Assembly: GCA_963702205.1 (NCBI GenBank)
Contig: OY969724.1
Location: forward strand, 3,008,001 to 3,072,000
DNA from: an uncultured candidate division Zixibacteria bacterium
Lineage (GTDB): Bacteria > Zixibacteria > MSB-5A5 > GN15 > PGXB01
Direction of reading: 5' to 3'
Length of the DNA: 64,000 nucleotides
This document shows, one piece after another, positions 48,840-56,335 of the stretch. The translations under genes were made by a program, and so were the position numbers. The notes below the pieces were generated by a model. The model was not told the origin of the DNA. It saw only the letters and a program-made list of their open reading frames with translations, and ran no database searches. How positions within the stretch are numbered: position 1 is the stretch's first letter; each line of letters starts with the position of its first letter.

Positions 48840-50399
48840 TTACATTGATATATCTTTTGAAATATTTATTTCCACAACATTGGCCGTGTAGTATCGGTCA
48901 CGAACCAGGAAATCATCGAAATTATGCACGTTGTATATGGCCTCGAAATTGTATCCCGAGCCGAGATTATAAATACCGCTGAAACGAAGTGTAAAACTCT
49001 CGACGTCCAGATCGCGCCTGCTTCGATAGTACGTCGCCCCGAATCCGGCCGTGAAATTATAATATTCCCGGGCCATCAGGTTGCCGTAAATCGTATGGTC
49101 GCAGAATTCGAACGTCTCTTCGCTGTTGGTGTATTCGCCGTTGGAATAAGAATAGCCGCCGCTGAAATCGGCGTAACCTTTCAGGTCGGCACTGAAATCC
49201 ACACCGAATCGGTTATAATCGACGTCGCTGCCGATCTGGTCGTTTTCACGACGCGTCCCCTCAAAACTGATCTTGGCCAATTTTATCCGGTCACCGCGAT
49301 ATTTCACGGAGAATTCGAAGCGGCTGAAGTCCTGGTCGCCGATCAGCCGACTGCCGCTTTTAACATCCTCCGAGCGCAGGCCGTGTTCACCGCGCAGCTC
49401 AAAATGAGTCACCGGCTTCCACCAGCCCGAGAAATAAAACGTGTTGGCTTTTACTTCGTCCAGATAATCATCGTTGATGTCGTACTGATAACCGAACGTA
49501 AGCCCGGCCTGGGCCGGCCAGGTGTAGGTAAGATAACCGGCGTTGATTATATTGTCGGTCGCCACGTAATCGCTGTCCGACGCGGTTCGGTCGAACAGGA
49601 AGCTGTACTTGAACGAAAAGTTGTGCGGCAGATTAACCCGCGCGGCTCCCCAGGCCATATTGGACCTGATGCCGAACTTGTTGACATCGAACTCCGTTTC
49701 GAACCGACGGAACCCGCCCGAAAGAATTATCTTGTCTTCGTAATTCGGCACCGGGAAATAAGCATCGAGTTTTATTGAAAAGCGCGTCTGATCTCGGTCG
49801 GAATTGTAATTGTCGGTAAAAGCGACGTGTTCATAGCGCGCCTGAAACATCCGGCCGTCCTTGTTGAATCTGATCCCGCCGTTATAGGCCATCTGGTCAT
49901 AGTCCACTTTGTACGGTGCGGCCGGTAATACGGGGTCGAAAAGATCGGCCATCTCCCCCCGATATCCGATACCGTTTCCACCGCCGGAAACCGTCACGTA
50001 CTTGTTCGGCATGACCCATGCCTGCACTCCGGTCTGGGCGCGACGGGTGAACGTATTGCCGTCGAAGTCGTAAAAGCGACGGTACTGATTATTATAGACA
50101 TCCACACCGAACAGGCCGGGCCTCATGATCGAACCGGTCAGGTTGCGATTGTTGAGAGAAATCCGGTTCAAATCCATCCGGGCCAGCATCCCGTTGTCGA
50201 ACGTATAGCGAAACTTGTTCAGCGACAGCGTCATTCCCTCATAGTCGTTGAACGTCGGCTGATTGACCGACTGATTTCCAGTCTCGTCCAAAAAAACGTA
50301 TCCAAGGCGGGCCGTGCCAAAACCCGTTCCGGCCACGAGGGCCGGGGCTGCCAGCAGCAGGCAGGCGCAGACCGTCAATACTGGAATATATTTCATCAA
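48840..50399 (-). CDS. Outer-membrane beta-barrel, MtrB/PioB-like porin
   Basis: Signal peptide; aromatic- and Gly-rich alternating beta-strands throughout; lies between the decaheme and lipoprotein cytochrome genes. Confidence 0.75.
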   Translation of the reverse strand: MMKYIPVLTVCACLLLAAPALVAGTGFGTARLGYVFLDETGNQSVNQPTFNDYEGMTLSLNKFRYTFDNGMLARMDLNRISLNNRNLTGSIMRPGLFGVDVYNNQYRRFYDFDGNTFTRRAQTGVQAWVMPNKYVTVSGGGNGIGYRGEMADLFDPVLPAAPYKVDYDQMAYNGGIRFNKDGRMFQARYEHVAFTDNYNSDRDQTRFSIKLDAYFPVPNYEDKIILSGGFRRFETEFDVNKFGIRSNMAWGAARVNLPHNFSFKYSFLFDRTASDSDYVATDNIINAGYLTYTWPAQAGLTFGYQYDINDDYLDEVKANTFYFSGWWKPVTHFELRGEHGLRSEDVKSGSRLIGDQDFSRFEFSVKYRGDRIKLAKISFEGTRRENDQIGSDVDYNRFGVDFSADLKGYADFSGGYSYSNGEYTNSEETFEFCDHTIYGNLMAREYYNFTAGFGATYYRSRRDLDVESFTLRFSGIYNLGSGYNFEAIYNVHNFDDFLVRDRYYTANVVEINISKDISM

Positions 50400-50413
50400 A
50401 GTCGCCTCCCTCT

Positions 50414-51382
50414 TTACTGGTTAAATATATGGCACCCGGATTGGTAACAATTCGGGAACAGCTTCGTCCCAAGCATGGGATCTAGAAATTTATTGTTATC
50501 GTAGGATCCGTGAATCTCACTGTGGCAATCGACACATGCCAGCTTTGTTCCCAGCCCGCTGTGCTGAGCCCGATGCTTCGGCGGAATCGCATGGCACTGC
50601 AAACAAAGCCCGTTGCCCGGCTGTTTGAGGAGCATATCGTTGGGCGATCCGTGCGGCTGATGGCATTCCACACAGCCCCCGCCTTCGACCAGATGGTCAT
50701 AAACGACCGGATGCTCGAACGGAAACGGCCCGGCTTTATCGCCGTGGCACCCCTGGCAGGTCCAGTTCAGCCCGTCGACCATGTGCGGCCCCTCGATACC
50801 GGAAACCGGGTGGCAGCTGACGCACTCGATATTTCCCGAATTCAGAGGGTGAGCCGAACGCAGCATGAATTTGGCCTTTACCTCGGTATGACAAGTAATG
50901 CAGAAATTGTCACCGTCTCCGGCCGTCAGCTTGGGATTGGGATTGTCGTGGATCTTATGACAGGACGTGCATTCCAGCCCGGCCCGGCCATGGACGTCTT
51001 TCGTCACCATGGCCGATTGATGCGCCGTGACATGACACCGCGAACAGACTTCCGCCTGCGAAGTCATGTCGAGTTCCGACACACTGGAGATGTTATCGGC
51101 CGATGGGTCGTCAAGGTGCTCTTTCCATCCATCGTGGCAGCTTATGCAGCCGACTTCAGATGAATGCTTCATGTCGGCATTTTCCAGAATACGATGCGGA
51201 GAATCGGCCAGCGACTTCGCCTTGGTGTCATGGCAATCCAGGCATGCCTGAGAATTTTCGACTATTTCTTGCCTGGTGTACGTAGTCGAAGCGAATACCG
51301 AGCACGCTCCCAAAACCAACATGAAAATTAGAACCATCGACCCAATTAACGATCTTTTACAAAAGATCATATGGATCCTCAC
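50414..51382 (-). CDS. MtrA/DmsE/PioA-family decaheme cytochrome c with an extra C-terminal CX4CH
   Basis: 10 CXXCH with MtrA spacing ('CH..K.GPF.FEH.V...CVECH.PHGS.N..LL......LCLQCH', 'CVDCHSEIHGS') plus 'CYQSGCH'. Confidence 0.9.
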   Translation of the reverse strand: MRIHMIFCKRSLIGSMVLIFMLVLGACSVFASTTYTRQEIVENSQACLDCHDTKAKSLADSPHRILENADMKHSSEVGCISCHDGWKEHLDDPSADNISSVSELDMTSQAEVCSRCHVTAHQSAMVTKDVHGRAGLECTSCHKIHDNPNPKLTAGDGDNFCITCHTEVKAKFMLRSAHPLNSGNIECVSCHPVSGIEGPHMVDGLNWTCQGCHGDKAGPFPFEHPVVYDHLVEGGGCVECHQPHGSPNDMLLKQPGNGLCLQCHAIPPKHRAQHSGLGTKLACVDCHSEIHGSYDNNKFLDPMLGTKLFPNCYQSGCHIFNQ

Positions 51383-51777
51383 TTATATTTAGAATTATTT
51401 CTTGCAACTCAATTGGGTCTGGCTTCGGAAGCCGTGACCTTAATCCCTACGAAGAAAATGTAACCCATTACCTATTACTTGTCTATATCTTTTTCCTTTA
51501 TTTGACTCGTCAAATGAATAACAAAGTTGACCTCTTTTGTCAAGTTCTTTTTAGCGTAAATACATATATAACATAGAGTTAATCTATACTTTTAAGTATA
51601 GTCATTGGATTTTAATAATTCGGTCAATTAATCGCGAGGTTAAGCGACCTGGAACCCGTCAATTTCGGTCTAAATGGAGGGTAATCCAGATAAATATTAA
51701 CGATATTATAATCGGTATTTAGGGGTTATAAATTCTCACCACAGACAGCCCCAACCCCAATTGAAAGACTCTTCATT

Positions 51778-54700
51778 TTACCTTAGCGGAGCATGGCATC
51801 CCGTCAGCCATTCTCCGCAGGAACAGGGGGCCTCTCCCTCGAAGTATATGTTCTCTATCAGGGTAAGAATATCAAGGAGGTTTATCTGGCAATCGCAGTT
51901 GGCATCACCTGAACACGTGGCATATGGTACTGCCTCCGGGCCGTCCTGATAAATACCGGTTATCACATACAAAATATCGAGCAAATTCAGAACTCGCAGG
52001 ACGTCGCCGTCGGCATTGCCGGGCCTGCAATCACAGAGATTATCGCAATAGACATTGGCAAATCGGTCGATCGTCCCGGCTGACCCGGCCACGGTATATT
52101 GATCACCGGGATTGCCTCCGAAATTCTGCCAGCAGTTTCCCTCGGAAACGCCGTCATCCCAGTAGCCCCCGGCAGCATCATCCTCGGCGTCCAGATTGTT
52201 ATCGAACAGATTGTGATAGACCTCAATGTCATATATGCTTCCGCCGGGCGCCCCGAGATTCTTGACCGCCAGACCCATATTGTTCCCAACGAAATAATTG
52301 CCCGTGATCGTGGCCCCGATATGACCATTGCCGTTAGTGTAAATCAAAGCACCATAACGCCCGCTTGCGGATATTTCATTTCCGGCCAGGTTCAACGATA
52401 CCGTTGATCCCGCATCGGCGTCTTCATCGACAACGACCAGTCCGCCGCCGCTATCCCCGCCTCCGGCATCGCAGCCGGAGATGGAATTGTCGACAATATC
52501 TGCGACAATATCCACGTCACCGGCCATGCCCGGCTCGGCATTGCCGATAACCAGTCCAAACTGGCTGTTATGGATGTCATTTTCGCGAACTGTCACCGAT
52601 TTGGATATTCCAGTCAGTCCCGATGTCCCGGCGTTATGGATCCGTACCGCCGCCGATGATTCCTGGTTGACTATATGCTCGGTATTGAATCCGTCAAAAG
52701 TATTTCGCAGCAAAGATCCGACAGCCGTCGAACCGAGTTCAACACCAAAGCCGAAATCAGGCTCATCCTTCATGAATGAATTGTCTTCGATCGATAAATC
52801 CGTCCAGCCTTCAGCCCAAACGGCATTCCGGCCCGTATTGATGAATTCATTATTCAAAAACTCCAGACGGGCCCGATTGTTCGTATCGAAGGATGGTTCC
52901 GTCGCACCGGCATAAACGGTGATATCGTCATACCCGCCGGAGGCGTCGGGAACGTCCATCCCCTGTAATCGGCAGTCCTGCCACGATCCCGCCGAGTTCC
53001 AGCAGAGAATACCCGATGCATTGTCAGCCCTGGCGCCGTTAAAATCAAAGGTCATGCCAGCAAAGCTTATTCCCTGTGACCCTATAATTCTAATTGCCGT
53101 GCTCATCGTGTCCCCGACAGGTCCTATTGCCCAGTCGATTCTGGAAGTTGGAGCATAGGTGGTGCTATCACGGCTGATTGAGACTATGGAAAGATTATTC
53201 CTGTTTTCGATATTTATCGTAGCATGGTACAATCCCGGTAATACTCGTACGGTATCGCCGTCGGCGGCGAAATTCACTCCCTCCTGAATATTGGAGCTAT
53301 TCGATGAATCAAGTACCCAAATCCAGGGCGAGCTATGACCGCTGCTTATATAATTGCCTCCCCACCACGGCGAATAGTCCACGTACGATGACACATCATT
53401 GCCCGATATACCCGGTCCGCCGGCATTTCCCCACCAGTTTCCGGCGGCGTCGAGCACGATGAGGGTATTGTTGTCTATTGCCTGCGTATTGGCGATGAAC
53501 GAATTGAAGTTCACATGTACGCCCGATGGTTCTATGCCGGATAAATCATTGACGGCTATGGCAGATATATCGGTGCCGGAAAAAGTATTGCCCGTGATAT
53601 TGATTGTGGACGATGACCCGTCGCACTGCACGGCATAGTCGTTGCCGGAGAAATAGCCGTTGGTCACGGAGATATTGGTGGAATTGATTATATGCAGGGC
53701 GCTGCCGTTCGAGATATAATTATTCTTATTAAACACGACTCCGGCGCAGTTTTTGGCCATCATGTAATCATTTTCGCTGAATATATTATTATTCCCGACC
53801 GTGGCGTTAACCAAAAAGTTCAAATTTGCGGCCGACTCACAATTAGAAATAGTATTACCGTTGATCACAATTCCGCTGCCGGGATAATTAATGTCAATGC
53901 CGCAGGCGGTATCGGTACCGGGGATATAGCGCATCTCCGATATATCATTCCCCGTTATGGCTGCGAGAGCTCCATAAATTACGGCAATTCCGAATTGGGC
54001 GTGCTTATCCGCGCCCAGAGGACCGTCCCCGGTAATCGTGTTATTCGAGATTGTCGCCTGAGGATCGGACAGCGCCCCATCGTCGCCAATGACATATATC
54101 CCACCCCTGGAAAATTCCTGAATATTATTACTGCCCAGAAATACGTCGGAGTTGCCGATCACCACGATACCGTACGATTCCGGGGCGTTTTCCGACGCAT
54201 GCAATTGTTTGATCGTATTTCCGCTGGCTTCCGATGACACCCCTCCATTGCGAAATAAAATGCCCGCCAGATTATCTTCGTTCGACACACCGTTGCCTTT
54301 GATTGTCAACCCGGTAATTGTTGCGTCGACGATTCCCAGTCCGGAAATATGACCGGAGCCATCAGCCGAGCCGCCGTACGCCAAAACCATCGGGTAATAA
54401 ATGCCGTTTACTTCGTCGAACGAAAATCCCGCCAGTCCTTCGGGAGGCGGGACAACGGTCGCACCCTGAGAACCGCTGATTGTGATGCTTTTATCGATAA
54501 TAAGCTGTTCGGCATAATTTCCGCTCCGGACGTGTATCGTGCCGCCGGGTTTTACCGCATTGACGGCTTCCTGCACCGATGCAAAAGCATTGTATTTCCA
54601 ATAGTGCAAATCGTTATGACACACGTCACAATAATTATCGTCGACCCAGGCCTCCTGCAGATCGCAGGTCATTTCGCAGGTCGACAGGTACGGATCGCAC

Positions 54701-55737
54701 CACGGATCATAATCCACGTTTCCGCTCAGGGTAGCGGCGATAGCGCCGCACAACAGTGCTCCCCAATAATTTTCCTCGGCATCGACAGTCGTTTCGAGAT
54801 AGTTCAGGAAGTTAATCCCGTTGCTGGAAATCTCATTATCGGTGAAATGCAAAAGTCCGGGATAGCCGTCATACACCGCCACACCGATTTCCGTATTGCC
54901 GCTTATGGTGCATCCCGTGAGGGAAATATTCTTTGGGTCATACCCGTTGTTTTCCGTTCCTTCATAATAGCCGTCGCCGAAATTGGTGAACAGCACGCCC
55001 CGATCGTTATTCTCAACTATATTGTCTACGAGATTTATGGCCTGAACGGCGTCGATCCAAATGCCGCTTCTTTGAGAATCATGAATATTATTATCATAAA
55101 TCAAGGGCGGCTCCAGCAACTCATGGGTCAGGGACCTCATAGCGAGCCCGTCGCCCGATGTGTTATAAATTTCATTTCCGCTTATGCGAAGTCCGGTGAA
55201 ATCAAGCAGCATGAACAGGTTTGGGTTATATATGCCGAGAGGGTCATCAGGGTTGTACCTTTCCGAGGCCGTTCCCACCAAAATGCCGAATCCGAGGGAG
55301 TCATTTTCGACGTCATATATTACATTATCCATAAGCCGAATAAACGGCAATCCATTCAGGGCTCCGGGTTCACCCTCAGTTAAAAAGGCCTCAATCCCGG
55401 CCGAGACATCGTGGATTGTCATTCCCTGCACCGTTACATAGAATGACAATATATCGATACCAACACCCCCGCCCGGCACTATTTCCACCGGCATGATATT
55501 GCCGGAATCGGCGGCAAGAGTCAAAGCTTTATTGATCGTGATGTTTTCCGGGTAGGTTCCCTGAGAAACGAAAACGGTATCGCCCGGCGCCGCCGCGTCT
55601 ATGGCTGTCTGAATTGATGCTCGGCCGCCTGAATTGTCACCGTCGGCGCTTTCGTACGGTGCAACGTGATGAACCGTCGCACGGGATATGGAAAACATGA
55701 AAAAGATGAGAAATATTACCGAAAGCCCGCGTGTCAC
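51778..55737 (-). CDS. Large secreted parallel beta-helix (pectin-lyase-like) repeat protein with C-terminal dockerin-like domain
   Basis: Signal peptide; three 'IQ.A(I/V)..A..GDT(V/I).V..G.Y.E' modules with PbH1 repeats; 'NWWG...GP', 'VDY.PW'; C-terminal 'NLLDILYVI...GDANCDCQINLLDILTLI'. Confidence 0.85.
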   Translation of the reverse strand: MTRGLSVIFLIFFMFSISRATVHHVAPYESADGDNSGGRASIQTAIDAAAPGDTVFVSQGTYPENITINKALTLAADSGNIMPVEIVPGGGVGIDILSFYVTVQGMTIHDVSAGIEAFLTEGEPGALNGLPFIRLMDNVIYDVENDSLGFGILVGTASERYNPDDPLGIYNPNLFMLLDFTGLRISGNEIYNTSGDGLAMRSLTHELLEPPLIYDNNIHDSQRSGIWIDAVQAINLVDNIVENNDRGVLFTNFGDGYYEGTENNGYDPKNISLTGCTISGNTEIGVAVYDGYPGLLHFTDNEISSNGINFLNYLETTVDAEENYWGALLCGAIAATLSGNVDYDPWCDPYLSTCEMTCDLQEAWVDDNYCDVCHNDLHYWKYNAFASVQEAVNAVKPGGTIHVRSGNYAEQLIIDKSITISGSQGATVVPPPEGLAGFSFDEVNGIYYPMVLAYGGSADGSGHISGLGIVDATITGLTIKGNGVSNEDNLAGILFRNGGVSSEASGNTIKQLHASENAPESYGIVVIGNSDVFLGSNNIQEFSRGGIYVIGDDGALSDPQATISNNTITGDGPLGADKHAQFGIAVIYGALAAITGNDISEMRYIPGTDTACGIDINYPGSGIVINGNTISNCESAANLNFLVNATVGNNNIFSENDYMMAKNCAGVVFNKNNYISNGSALHIINSTNISVTNGYFSGNDYAVQCDGSSSTINITGNTFSGTDISAIAVNDLSGIEPSGVHVNFNSFIANTQAIDNNTLIVLDAAGNWWGNAGGPGISGNDVSSYVDYSPWWGGNYISSGHSSPWIWVLDSSNSSNIQEGVNFAADGDTVRVLPGLYHATINIENRNNLSIVSISRDSTTYAPTSRIDWAIGPVGDTMSTAIRIIGSQGISFAGMTFDFNGARADNASGILCWNSAGSWQDCRLQGMDVPDASGGYDDITVYAGATEPSFDTNNRARLEFLNNEFINTGRNAVWAEGWTDLSIEDNSFMKDEPDFGFGVELGSTAVGSLLRNTFDGFNTEHIVNQESSAAVRIHNAGTSGLTGISKSVTVRENDIHNSQFGLVIGNAEPGMAGDVDIVADIVDNSISGCDAGGGDSGGGLVVVDEDADAGSTVSLNLAGNEISASGRYGALIYTNGNGHIGATITGNYFVGNNMGLAVKNLGAPGGSIYDIEVYHNLFDNNLDAEDDAAGGYWDDGVSEGNCWQNFGGNPGDQYTVAGSAGTIDRFANVYCDNLCDCRPGNADGDVLRVLNLLDILYVITGIYQDGPEAVPYATCSGDANCDCQINLLDILTLIENIYFEGEAPCSCGEWLTGCHAPLR

Positions 55738-56030
55738 GACGTCCCCCCCGTCGTCAGGCTCGGAATAAAGCGAATTCCGCTTGGCGGAAATTTGTTACAT
55801 CTGTGTGGCAAGGCCCAAGCTGTCATTGACGAAGAACCAATCAATGAGGCATCCGGCGGCGCCCTTGAATTCAAAAACCCAAATGGCGCGCAAAAACCGG
55901 CTATTTAATTCTTCGCTCGTTTTTATCAGTTCCCGTCTAAATTTGCCTTCCGGTTTATTAAAAAGTTCAACCGTAGCAGTAATAATGGCGATATTGCGGA
56001 CGTCACCGCCCGCGACTTATAAACACCGTA

Positions 56031-56058
56031 ATAATAAGCACTTTCACCGATTTGTCAA
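56031..56058 (-). promoter_or_regulatory. Sigma70-like promoter for the beta-helix gene (implies a 5' leader of about 290 nt)
   Basis: TTGACA-N16-TATTAT on the minus strand. Confidence 0.5.
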
Positions 56059-56335
56059 GCAATGAATGCCCCGCCAGGCCCATCCCCGGCAAGCCCCGAC
56101 GGCGTATTGTGCGGGCGAAGCTGGCGCATCCCCACGAACCGATTCCGGGCCTATTTTCCGTCGAACCAAAGCCCCTCCCCAATTGTTATCAAATATAACG
56201 TATACTATTTGCATCCATATTTTGAGTTGCGTAATTTAAAAAGTTTACTATTTTGTATAAGTTACCTTTACCTGCCCGGACAATTGCATTTAAAGCCAGG
56301 GAATAAATATGCCGTTTTTTCATAGGAGGAAAAAA

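Noticed and set aside
51459..51485. TGTAAC-N15-TGTCTA resembling the ECF promoter at 60877
   Set aside because: The spacer is 2 nt shorter and it points away from mtrA towards no gene.
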